Positions 13,001 to 26,700 of a DNA stretch of 64,000 nucleotides are shown in pieces. Each line of letters opens with the position of its first letter. Position 1 is the first letter of the stretch. Origin of the DNA: Lingula anatina (taxonomy: Eukaryota; Animalia; Brachiopoda). The DNA lies in the NCBI GenBank assembly GCA_051362555.1, contig CM120643.1, positions 27,594,848 through 27,658,847 of the forward strand, in the 5' to 3' direction. The notes under the pieces were generated by a model. That model had not been told where the DNA came from and made no database searches. It saw nothing but the letters and a program-made list of their open reading frames with translations. Both the position numbers and the translations under genes were made by a program.

Positions 13001-16000
13001 CATATCTGATTTCCACTCATCTGTTTGTATGTAATGTCTCAGTGAAGACCAGATCATGGTTGTGTTGCACTGCACTTTGGGAGGTAGGAGGGTGCTCAGC
13101 ATGTGGTCAATCCAACTTGATAGTAAACATATTCTAATTGAACTGAAGAACATATATAGCAGCTGTTTTATTTTAATTTCCTTATTTAAATTTTAATTTC
13201 CCAATTTTAATGCAATATCGATTTTCCAAAAATCAATCAGTAATTTGGCTGAAATAGAATAACCCCAGGCCCCAGTTTCACATATTAGTCATTTCCAGTG
13301 GCTAACATCTCTGTTATCAACGTTACATAGTCACATGCACACATCTTATCCTATCAGGAAGAGTGTTACAGCACTCTCATGGACATCCTAGTCAACTAAG
13401 CCAGGGCACTGACTAAAGTATTTTTGTGTGAAACTATGGTCTTAAGAATTTGTTTCATTACTGTGACATAAACAGTGTTTTGTCCTTCCAGTTCTGGGAT
13501 GTAAGGAACCCCAAGAAGACTGAGGCTGTCATGGCATCTGGAGCTCCTGTGTGGAGGGCCAGATATGCTGTGAGTTCATTTTTTTTTTTATTTATTTATT
13601 CACTCATACATCCATTCATTAATATTATATATTTTTCATTCTTATATATTTGTTCTTTCAACATTGATTCTCAACATTAGAGTCACACATGTTATGGTAA
13701 TTAGATACAGTGAAAAACCTGTTTGTATCCTAGATCTTTTCAATTTGTGAAAATTGTGAATCTTACAAATATTCTTTTTTTATCAGGCATGAGATTTTTC
13801 CGTCTTTTGGCGGAATTCCGACTTTTTCCTTCAAAAATGTCATTTTTTATATCATTGCAAATCCGTTGAGAAAATTTCAGGGGGGGGGGGGGGGGTAAGG
13901 GTACCCTTCCCTTCCCCGGCGAGACCCTTCACTCATCGGCACTCGCATGTTTTCAATTTTGACCTTGCCGAAAAACGTTACCAACCGTACATATATATCG
14001 ATTCTGGGACGCACTGTTATCAAGGGGGAAACTTTTGCGACATCTATACGACATTTATACAGTCATTGAATGCAATTACCGTAAAACGGCCTGTATCCTG
14101 TTCATATAGCGCTGCGCGGTTTTTTCCATGTGGTATCGTGTGTCGCTTTTGCGTTTTGGAAAATGAAGCTACTAGATCGGTTGTGTGTATGTCGTATGAA
14201 GACATTGAACTTGCATTTGAAAATTTTCATGTTTTGAGTTGCAGGGTTCTGCCCAGAGCGCGACATTGCGACATTGTCGCCCAAAAATTGAAAATGTCGC
14301 CAAAAAATTCCTAGAGATGCGCCCTCGGGCGCACTCCTAAAAGGGGACCTCGTTTCCATGGATGCTGTTGTAATAAACATACCCAGTACGCTTATTAATT
14401 TTTCAAAATTCTTCCACCCGGTATGTTTATTAAATACCTATCGTACCGGTGGGAAATTATACAAGTCAATTAAGTTTTTTATTTTCTCAAATTGAAGTAT
14501 AATGAGAAGAAATACCGGTGCAGCTACGTACTGTTCACTGGAAAGTAGGTCAAGTGAAAGTCGCTCTCTGAACACAACAATACATTGCGTCATCTGATTT
14601 CAGTTCCTATAAATAGACGTGCTTTCCCTTCAACAGTGACAACTACTCATGTATATGGATCAAATGATGTCACGTGGCAAGGTGAAAGGATCATATTTAT
14701 AGCTAACGAGGTCATTTCAAGTGCAGCAAAGAAGTTGTGTACGTTTTCAAAAGTCAATTATTTCATGCCGATTTATGATTTACACGATGTTAAATCACAC
14801 TTCTATGTAAGATAAACCCTTAGATCTAGGAGTTTACAGGCATGCAAAATGAACCTTAATTATATCTTAGAACAAATTTACTTTGAATAACGTCTCCTAA
14901 CAGCATATGGCTACCGGGGGCGGCTTAGGTGCGATATATCTGGGTTTTCCGACCCTGACGTTTATGAAATTTAACCTCGTTTCCATGGATGCTGTTGTAA
15001 ATTTGTATGAAATTTTCATGTATTTTTACACATTTTTTTACACATTTTTGCCTGATAGAAAGTTCATTTTGTGGGTCTTAAATGCAAGGAAAGTGCACTA
15101 ATCATAATGCAAAAGTAAAAAAAAATTTCCATAGATAGATTGTATTATTTATTCTATTTAAATAATGTTCTTGTGTAAATTTGTATGAAATTTCATGTAT
15201 TTTTACACATTTTTGCCTGATAAAAAGTTCTTTTGGGGGATCTTAAATGCAAGGAAATTGCACCATTCATAATGCAAAAGTCAAAAAATTTTCCAAGGCT
15301 TAAGGGGGGCGCACCCCCCTTAACAACCCCCCCACGCACACTACGTGTGCGTTAAGATTTTTCTTCGAAAAATCTTTCAGACTTTTTTATCAAAACCAAA
15401 TCTCATGCCTGTTTTATAAGCGGCTTTAGGCCGTCTTCTGGGTCTTCCAGAAGACTTATATTTTCAAGTTTACATTGACGGGTATCTAATTTTTTTCTGT
15501 CGAAAGACAGTCAAAAATGGAGAATGGATCAATAAAGATAATTTGGAAGACTGTCAGGAATTATCTCTGGATCTGCCCCCGAAAAGTCATAACTCCATGG
15601 GGATTCATGCTTAATTGATATCAATTTATGCGGCTGTCATGCCTACCGTATCTGCTAGGGGGTAATTAACTTTCGTGCACGCTCAGCCTCCGGTAGTTAA
15701 TTACCCCATAACCGCATGACAGACATAAAAGGCATGACAAACATTTAAGCCACTTAAGTTCATAGCAATTCAGAAAGAATTCCCTAGGAGATAGATTGAT
15801 CCAAAGTTAGTACGACAGTCTCTGGTAACAGTCTCTAAGTCATATGTATAGGTTTATATTAATATTATATATTCCAGCCATTTGGTACTGGCATGGTGAC
15901 AGTAGTGGTGCCCCAGCTGAGGAGAGGAGAGAACAGCCTTCTGCTGTGGAATATCCGTGACCTGAAACAACCTGTCCACACCTTTGTGGGCCATACGGAC

Positions 16001-19000
16001 GTAGTGCTGGAGTTCCAGTGGAGGAAACACACTGAAGGTGGCAGCACTTGTGCAATTATATATTTGTTCAGATGTTTTACATAAGTTTGGGGGGAGGGGG
16101 GGTGCCTGCAATTTTATGAGAGCAAGCACTCAAATGTAGAACAGATGGGAATTTCCAACATATAAACTTTTCAATTCTGATTTAACTGTATCTTGCAAGA
16201 TGTTTAAAGGCATGCAAAGCTTGCTGAACTTTCATATTCAATTTTGCTGAAAATTTCAGTTATTTTCCTAAATCACCATGTTATACCATGTCATACCATA
16301 AACCAATGAAAAATTTTGCTGCTTTGCTGTATTTAAAGGTCTAACCCCTCAAAGATTGTGTTTCAATGTTAACAATTGAGTTTTTTAGTGTAATAGGAAG
16401 CCTCGCTGTAACAGCCTGGCCAGTGTCACAAGTTTCTGATTTATTGTCATTACCACCAATGAACTCGTTTTATAGTAAAAATGATATCATATTTACATCA
16501 CTCATAAACATTTTGCATTGATGGTCATTATTGATAATTCCAGACGAGCGAGGTGATTACCAACTTGTAACATGGTCCAGAGATCAAAGTCTTAGAATAT
16601 GGACAATAGAAAGTCATCTACAGAAGGTATGAAATTAGAGTTGATGATTTATTTGATCTTCAACCATATTTGCAATGTATTAAAATAATTATATTTTATG
16701 TTATTACAGAAATAAGTATATAACTAAGTCGGTGCTTTGGCCATGTGTTCTGGTAGAAAGACATGATATTTCATCTCATACATGCCTAAAAGATAAAAGT
16801 TTGTTATTACTTGTGAATAAGTAATGGATATATGTTGGTTATTTACATTTTTCCTTTGACATTTAATTTCGATTTTGAAAATAATAAAGGTGAAATAAAT
16901 TAATTTCAGCTTTGCGGTCACCACACTCAGTCAGATTCCTCTGCTAAAGATTCCGAGAGCATCATCAATGGAACCACAGAAGACAAAGTTGTAGATGGAC
17001 AAGACGCGCTGGAGATTATGGACAATCATTTTGGCAGTGGCAAAGATGAGGATACAGATGGAGGAACAAAAGTTGACGTGAAAAAAAAGTTTGAGGTTGA
17101 ACCGGTGAATGAAAGTATATTGGCAGATGCCATCACTCCGCAACAGCCACGAACACTTCAACAGGAGTTTTCATTGGTTAATGTGCATATACCTAACGTA
17201 ACTGTAGAGGAGGTAGGTAGATTTGAAAACCTACATTATGCCGAGCAAAATCAGTATTGGTTTTAATTCTGGAACTTTTAGGAAGAAAAAATTGCAACAT
17301 TTGAAGACTACTAATATCCAACCTTGATAGAGGATAGAAAATTTTCACATAATGTTAAAGATAATTCAACTTGGTTAAAAGAGAACACTTCAAATTTAGT
17401 TATTTAAAATGGTTAATGTCTTACTAGATGAATGCTGAGAGAAGAATCTGTACTTTCTCTGCTGTGAGTGGTAAACACATGGTGCGACTGCTGATGACAT
17501 TCCCACTGATGTATCCCAGTAATGTGGCACCTGCCTTTCTGTTTGAAGATCCCACCACTATAGACCAGGACGCACAGAACAAACTGATCAAGGTAGGAGG
17601 GGTTTTCTTAACACACCTTATGTCTGATAAAGTAAAAATCTGTAAAACTTTTTACATACTTGTAAGAAAAGAGAATATAAAATACTTGACTTTCTTTATT
17701 GGAAAAGATATTAAATTTAAAGTACCATAATTAGAGATGGACAGCACAGCTGAGAAAGAACCAGCATTTCAAACTGATGTTCATTCTTATCTTGCTTAAC
17801 TTAAAATAGAACTGATTATAGTTCTGCTAACTGTCTACTGTAAGTGCAGTAGCATTAAGATTGTCTCGTATTGTGAAGTTAACATTATTCCATCAAGTGC
17901 AGATGATTTTTCAGGATATTTAGGATGTGAACCTGTAGAATTTTATATAACCTCTGTTTGAGGGGCACGGGGGCAGTTGACAGACATCAAAGTGTAGAAG
18001 GTCAATGACTCTTATTAGAAGTTGGTATAAGAGACTGTCATAAGTATTAAGTGAGCATTTTACTTTTCAGATCCTGGATCAAACTTCTATACAGCATGTG
18101 AAGCATAATAGATCATGTATAGAACCATGCCTAAGACAGCTGATACAAAGTTTAGACAACCTCACTGTAAGTACTAAACTATACTGTAGAGGTAGACTTC
18201 ACTTCATTATAATGTATTCTTATAAAAAAAGTTCTTTTAGTCAGAATCCACTGGTCACCAATTATTTTATTATTTTTGTGTTAATGTGTGTTAATGTCTG
18301 GATGTGTTATAATCTTGCTATATACCTATTTCAGTTTGTTGATCGCACCACCCCAGACACTGACATGCCGTACAATCTGCAGCAGCCTCCACGACCAATG
18401 AAGTTTCTTCCCATCTATTCCTACGGCAGCCTGCAGGATGCCAATATTCCTTTCCCAAGAACTTCTGGTGCTAGATTCTGTGGAACTGGTAAGTAATTTA
18501 CTTACAGTATGCTTTGATTCATGATCAGCCAGTGTTAAAAAATTTCACTTTTGCTTCTCTGATAATGAAAACTGTTAAATATAGATTATAAAAGATTCTC
18601 AAGATTTAGAAGAAAAATCATTTGCAAAAATTATTCATTCCATTCCATTCCATTCTCAGTTCATAGGGTTTAGTTTGGTGGACTTTGGTGAACTCTAGTG
18701 AATTTGATATTTTGGAGTCGTAAAATTGTTAGAAATGAATTTTTTTATCATGTCTCTATCTCAGATCACCTAGTCTGCTTTGTCCGCCCCTCTCACATGC
18801 ACCGACAGAGGACCAGTGAAATAACCCCCAGGTGAGTGGGTGGGTGAAGGTAAACCTTTAGTATGAGCACAAAATTTTCATAGAAGTCTTTATTTTCTTC
18901 ATATTTTATCATTTTTAAGCACAGATAATAATGTATTTTTACATTCTGTCATCACCTCCATATGCTTCTTTACAATTTCTACTACTCTGGTAGAATTTTC

Positions 19001-20703
19001 TGTCATGTATTTCATGTCAATATTTTACTAAATAAATCCCCGTTTTAGGGTTATAAAAGATATGAAATGAATCTATTTCTTCATTCAGAGCCCTGTCTGC
19101 CCTGTCTGCGTACGCCCTGCCCACACAGACAGTGAGGACACCTCAGAGCAACCCATCATTTAACATGATGTTTGGTCTGGCCAGGTCTCCCCCCACAGAC
19201 AACAGTGTGTCCATCAGTAGTTATTATACCAATAAAGACCACAGGGTAAGTGATGTAGACTGCAGGGTGGGTGATATCGACCACAGGGTGAGTGATATAG
19301 ACTTTTTGAGTGAGTGAGTGAGTGATATAGACTTCAGGGTGAGTGATATAGACTTTAGAGTGATCGAGTGATGTAGACTGCAGGCCTAAGGTAAGCGATA
19401 TAGACTACATGGTCATTTATAAAGACTGTAGGGTGAGTAATAAGGACTTTGAGGTAATTATTAATCAACAGGTAGTTGATTGTATTAATAAATTAATAAA
19501 ACCAATCAATTCAGGATAAAAATATAAATAATTGAATATATTATAAGTTTTAAGATATTGGTCTGTTTGTAAATAAAGACCTGGCTGAAATTAACAATAA
19601 CCGTTGTGTCTTCATTCTTAAACCAGAGATCTAATATTTGTATTTGTCATTACAGAAGAAGCGTGCCCGCAGCAAGTCCCGCCTCACGGAGCAGGGGGAC
19701 AGCAAGCGTGACCAGAATTCTAATATTGTTATTTGTCATTACAGAAGAAGCGTGCCCGCAGTAAATCACGCCTCACAGAGCAGGGGGACAGCAAGCGTGA
19801 CCAGAAGGCCAGGGTACCAGGATCACCTCAGAAGAAACAAAAAGATAAAAGCTCAGAGCCTGTGATGATCTATAACATCTCTTCTCTCTTGCCTATCCAC
19901 AGACAGCTGGCTGAGAATTATGTGTAAGTGGTTTCTCTTACAAAGGTCCAGGTGACTCATTTGATGTCAGGTAGTAGCACTGAAAGACAAGTTTGTTTTG
20001 TGCAGATACATAGAATGAATACCTTTGCTTGAGGACTGCTTCATCCATCATATCTGCTGATTTGATCATCCAGAATCTGGTGGCATGATGTGATAATTAC
20101 TGGGACCTGTGTACTGCTTTATGGATCAGTACAAAATAATAATTTCTTTCATTATTTTGCTTTTCCCACATTTTTTAGTTTATGAAGCAATAAATATGGT
20201 AAATCTGTCAGTTCTTCTGGCAAAGGTCAACAAAACTCCTCCAGGACAGGTGTGACCAAGATCAGAACTCTCTCACTGACTGGCAACAGATATGATTGAT
20301 GTTAAAGAACAAGCAGTTCTCGATTTAAGTCTCTAACCCTGATGTGTATTGTCATGTTCTAGGTTAGACACAGAAGACATATGTAATATGTGCAATAAAA
20401 ATGCTGCTGCAGCTGCTGCGGTGGGAAGGAGAGACCTTGTGCAGGTAAATATAATTTCTGATAAATACATTTAGATCCTAAAAAGTGTGGAAGTCCTAAA
20501 AAGTGTGGAAGATCTAATTAATTTCAGTCTTTTTGTTTTTTTTAAAAGAAATTGTATTTTTTTATTAACAGACAAGAAATATTTATTCTTGTATTTGTTT
20601 GCTTTGGAGAAAGATACTGTTGTTTAAAGATATTTCTATGTCATTTGTAATTATAAACAATTATTTTAGAAAAAGTGTGATTCAGTTACATTTTAAGCAC
20701 TAT

Positions 20704-20750
<47 letters not shown>

Positions 20751-23700
20751 TTTCAGATGTGGCAGCTGGTCTCCCTGGTCTCTAGTTCCAGTTTGGTTCC
20801 CAACCAGAACCCAGATTCTGAGCCCCCCTGGGCAGTCAGTCCATTTGGGGGTCAGCTCATAGACTCTTTGTAAGTGACCAGTGTCTGGCTGGCAGGACTT
20901 CTGTCCATGTTCTTAAAGAATTGTATTTTTGTAGATTATTCACAGATGAACAAATTCAAACTGATCTTGCAAACTTCTAACATCTTAGATTTTCAGTGTT
21001 GTTATTCTGAAGGAAACGCCTGTTTGATGTGTGAGAGAGAGCAGTGTGTGTATGCGCGCGCACAAGAGAGAGAATATAATGTTTGCATTTGACCAAGTAT
21101 GTAAAACAAACTAGTTTTATTTTGTATTTCTTCTACACCATTGAAGAACTGTGCTTTTTGTTGTCTTTTTTAAATATCTTGGTAATTATGTTTCAAGGAC
21201 TTGTTTTTATGTACAGACACAGATGTGTCTGTACATATAGCCATCATCTGCGTCTGTCGTCGTCGCTGTGCACTTTCACCGATAACACGATAAGTGAGGA
21301 ACCGTTTTATCTTTTGGCTTGAAACCTGCAGAACTGATGAATATTCATAATACACAGGTCGAGTTCGAAAATCAGCATGATTGGGTCATTTTTAGGGAAG
21401 TTATGCTGTTTTTTCACTTTTTTCAGCATATATGCAGCACCGATAACACAATAAGTGGAAAACCATTTTACTTTTTGGCTTGAAACTTACAAAACTGATG
21501 AATATTCATAATTAGCAGGTCAAGTTTGAAAATCAGCATGATTGGGCCATTTTTAGGGGAGTTACGCCGTTTTTTCACTTTTTTCAGCATATATGCAGCA
21601 CCGATAACATGATAAGTGGAAAACCATTTTACCTTTTGGCTTGAAACTTGCAGAACTGATGAATATTTATATTACGCAGGTTAAGTTCGAAAATCAGCAT
21701 GATCGGGTCATTTTTAGAGAAGTAATGCTGTTTTTTTACTTTTTTCAGCATGTATGCAACACCTTTGTGCTATATAATGGTACTGTATGGATGGCAGTCT
21801 AGTCTATAAAATTGTCCCTTGGGTGATCACTAATTAAATTAAGGTCTATAAAGTCACTTGCCTACTCATTAATTTTCAATTGGCCATTAAATGAGATTAC
21901 ATAAAACACTCGTTGAGATTTCCCTGTAAAGTCCCGTAGGTTTAGCTCTCTTAACTGTGTCACATTTAATTAGGATTTGGTGATAATTATGCAGATAAAT
22001 GGTGTTTAATATTGCAAATAAATTTACAACAAAAAATGTGTTATGCCAACATGCTATAGATGAATAACAGTGCCTTATTTTTCTCAAACTTGGTGGGGTT
22101 ATTCATATCAAGTTAATACAGATAGATTAAAAGTTTGAATAGCAGCTTTATTGGAATTTTTTACATTTTATTAAAAAACATTTTTTAAATTATTTTTCAA
22201 ACACCAGCATCTTCAAAATGTGATTTTTAACTCCCATCCACCAGAAGTGCTGTGCATTTTCTTTGTTTCCACATGAGCAATTGTATTGGTTTTTTATGTC
22301 TTTAAACATTATGTAATATTATTTTATACACTGTTATCATTTTTCACATATTGTGATTTCCATTATGTGTATTTGAACTCTTGTGGTCTTGAAACTGTAA
22401 TCTTATTGCAGGGGTTGAATGAGACTGTCTTCTGGGCCTTCTGGGAGATGGTCAGATTTTAATGTTTACATTGATGGGTATCTATTTTTTCTGTTGGAAT
22501 ACCATCAAAAATGGAGGATGGATCAACAAAGATAATTTGGAATACTGTCAGAAAATATCTCTCCTGTTCACTCCTGTTATTGACCATGTTATCTGTTGTT
22601 CACGATTAAAATTCAGTGTTGATTGACAGTATTATTTATTATTGCATCAAAATTGACAAAATGACCTATTTTTTACATATTTATTCAAATATTGAGACTT
22701 TCATCATGTGAATTTGAACTTTCATGGTCCTGAAACTGTAATCTTATTGAAGGGGTGGATTGAGACCATCTTCTGGATCTTCCGGAAGACAGTCAGGTTA
22801 TTAAGTTTATATTGACTGGTATCTATTTTTTTCTGTTGGAAGACCATCAAAATGGAGGATTGATCAAAAAAGATACTTTCGAATACTGTCAGAAAATATC
22901 TCTGGGTTCGCTCCTGTTATTGACATGTCACCTGTTGTGCATGATTAAAATTCAGTGTTGACTGACAGTGCTATTATAAGCATTATTTATCATTGCATCA
23001 AAATTGAGAAAATTACCTTTTTTGCATCTTTATTTTCTGTTTTTTGTCTGTACATTTGACAGCTTTGCTGCCTTGTTTAGGTTAAGTCTACTGAATATTT
23101 TTTAATGGATTTTAGACTTAAACGTATTATTATTATTATTATCTCCTGTCTCCAGGATAGACCACTACAGCTCGCTGTGTGATGTGCAGACCCTGGCCAT
23201 GTTGTGCTGTGCATTTGGCCCCAAGGAGGACGCTCAGCAAGTTGTCAATCTAGCCTCAGCACTGAATAGAATACAGAGGTCCACCTCAGACATCTCTTGT
23301 GCCAATGTAAGTGAAGAAATATTGTTTTATCTTCTGTTTATGGTACAGCAATAATATTTGTTACAATATAAGTACAGTATTACAAAATCGTTATATTTGA
23401 GCCTTGTTTCTCAGTTCTCTTATTAAAAATTCTTGTTTGTATTTAAAATTGAATTTTTAAAAGTCATCACTATACTTTTTAGATTATGATTATATACAAT
23501 GTTGTTCGCTGTATATAGATATATTTCACTAAATATTTAATTTTAGTTTAGTTTAACAAGTTATTCATAAAAACATTTATTTATAAAAAGAATAGACTGA
23601 TTTATAAGACCTAAAAAGATATACCTTATATGGTATCAAATATCTTTAACTTGCTTTTTGACACACCCACAGTGAATATATTTATATACCAAACTGCCAT

Positions 23701-26700
23701 TAGTGTTTTATGTGATCATATATTTTATGAAAAATCCATTATTGGGTTACGTATGTTTGGGCCGCTTGTGTTTGAAGTCATATTTCCCATTAAACCTACA
23801 CTCTCTCTCAACCCAGTGATAAAGGACTTCCTTAACCCATCTCAATAAAATTTTTCCTGGGTAAATTACTTTCATTACTTTTGAGAAACTGTTGGTTCTA
23901 ATCAGATCATGCATATTTTGACAATAGATATTAAGAATGAATTGTTTCTAAAGATACTTGTTTTTTACCTATAAATCAGTTTATCCCTATTTAGAAACAA
24001 TTTATTCTTTAAGCATCAATACACAAGATTTCTTTTATTTTTTTTTCTTTTTTGAGGGGGGTGGGGGAGAGGGATAACTCAAAGATAGTTGCATGTTTCT
24101 CTTGCAATTATGCAGAGTAATGATACTTCAGGTTTAAAACTTTATTAAAGGTTGATGATGTTATTGAAGTGGTTGATGAAGAAGATATAATGTTTGTAAG
24201 CATTTCAGAATTTTATATGCACTTTGCTTTCATAAAATCTCAGTTAGTTTGTGCACAGTACTATGATATTGTTCTTCCAAATTTCTTGTTAATGCAGATT
24301 CTTTGCTAACACGTTTTTATGATTTTTTACAGTGGTCTTCACAAATTGTCATTTAAATAATATATAAATCACAAGATGTGAAAGACACATGCACTGCTAA
24401 AAAGTGAATTGTTTTCAAAGGAACCAAATATTTTATGTGGGAGACATGATGTTTTGGCTCTTAATCATATATCTCACTTAAAGGGATAATAACTCTTCGC
24501 ATGAGATCTATATTTCACAAATAAAACATTTTGAATAACTCATACAAATATAATATATTCTGTTTTACCACAAAAAGGGCAGTTATAGCTATTATTCTGA
24601 TATATGAGCTTGTCTTCAGACCACGTGACCTCCATTGATGTCTATACTCTGTTATAATCTCTTAAGAGATTTTAACAAAAAAACCAAACTTTACAGAAAA
24701 AAAAAAAACAGGGACTAACTTCGAATGTAAAAATGGATTCAATAACCATTGGTAAGTATGGGAAAATTGTTGTTTACTCCAGGAAAATTCATTTTTTGGC
24801 CAAAACGAAGAGTTATTATCCCTTAAATGTCTCTTGAGAAATAATTTACTTTTGCCACCTTTAAACAAGAAAATGAATAACCTGTTTTACCAAAAAGGTT
24901 TTCAAAAAAATAACGTGGCTATATATTTGCGTTGATATGTTAGTATTTCCTGCTAAATCGGTGTAAAAATCAATCACAATCTGATTGCATGGGAAATTTT
25001 CTTCATCTTTTGGCCTAATCCACCTTTGAAAAAATAAAGATCTAAGTAGGATTGTTATTTCAAAGATAAGGATAAAATGATAATCATTTGTGATTTACTC
25101 AAACCTGTGAAAAACTTGCTTTGCTTCCTTGGCCACTATTGCTTGCACTGGTTTCCCTACTGGACAAATCATTTTATACTTTTTTGGCACCTTTCCTTCA
25201 AAAATTTGATAGAAATGAAATATTTTGAAATTTGTCCAAAATGAAAATTTTGCTCTAAAGAGTAAGCTGAGAGTGACATGTATATGATCTCACAGTTTAG
25301 AAGATACCTTAACTTCTCCTGTCTCAATGCTATACCCCATGCTTGTTAGTGGTGCCCACTTTTGGCCAGAAAGTCATTTACACAAGTCACCATTTAGACT
25401 GCTACATATTTGATTCTGCTTGTTGGAATGTTTATTGTATTAGATCCTGTTGTGATGGGACAAGCAAGTGAACAAGCAATCAACTCTGACAAATTGCAAT
25501 CAGTTACCCACAATCAAGGTTAGCTTGCTGGTCAGCAGGTGCTTTAGAATTATACTTTGGTTATTAAGGCTTCGTTCACATGCAATGTCTATTTTCTAAA
25601 TTCTATTTTCTATTCGCGGTATGTCTTATGATCATGGTCTGTGACCTGAATATCCCGCGGCGTAATTACTGGCAGCGCGAGCCAGTTACTATAAGTTACT
25701 ATAAGTAACTGGCTCGTGCTGCCAGTAATTACGCGGCGGGATATTCAGGGCACAGACCGTGATCATAAGATAGCGCGAATAGAAAATAGAATTTAGAAAA
25801 TAGACATTGCATGTGAATGAAGCCTTAAACTTGATAGTGCTGACATCAACAGGCTGCATTTTAGAGTCCAAATGGTGACATGGATCATTACAAGTCAAAT
25901 ATCAGCCATAAATGATGTGAAAATGAAACAGTTAGATTTAGGGTTGTTTGAAAACTGATTGTCTTAATGATTTTATTGGATAGCTGGCACGGAGGCCCAG
26001 GAAGTCCTACTCCAAGGTGAATTCATTTATGATTTGGTACAATGTAATTCTCTGATTTTTAAAAGATTTGAAAATTGGTTTGGAATAAACTTTACAGTTT
26101 TTGCTAAGAATTAGTACGAAACTAACAGTTGATCAAAGCTGTTTGTAATTGAGAGATTTTTTTTTTAACTTTTTAAGGTATTCTTTTGACAATAACACAA
26201 AATATAAGAATTCATTTTTTTTTAAGGAATTTTTTTTTATTTTGAAGTAACCAGTTTCAATTTTAAATATGATATTTATTCCTGTTAGTTTCTATCAATT
26301 TTCTGGCACTGTGAAAAATTATCATTTTCTAGCATATCAGCTTATTAAAGAATGGATATTAGATATAATAATTATTTAACACCAGTTGGAAATACGGTAT
26401 TTGATACCACAAGCTATTGGTTTGAAATTACTTTCTTCTTGTTTTAAATAGTTATTGTATATGATCTAACTACCAAGCTAATGCACATTTTTGGATGTTA
26501 TGTCTAACTTACATAATGTCTGAATAGATTTTATGTGTAGAATTATACAGTAACTGTTGCTTCATTTACTTCATTAACTAGTTTTGAGTTCAATAAGAAA
26601 TGCCTAAAATTTCACAAAAATCACAGTAATATAGAATGATACACACAACCCAGCGCTCACATTTCTTTATTATGATTCACAAGGTAATCCTGGAAAATGT

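Noticed and set aside
26635-26683. Third phase 0->1 exon candidate (NDTHNPALTFLYYDSQ)
   Set aside because: Donor AAG|GTAATC is plausible, but the acceptor lacks a pyrimidine tract and the peptide does not resemble the other two. Not supportable without reads.
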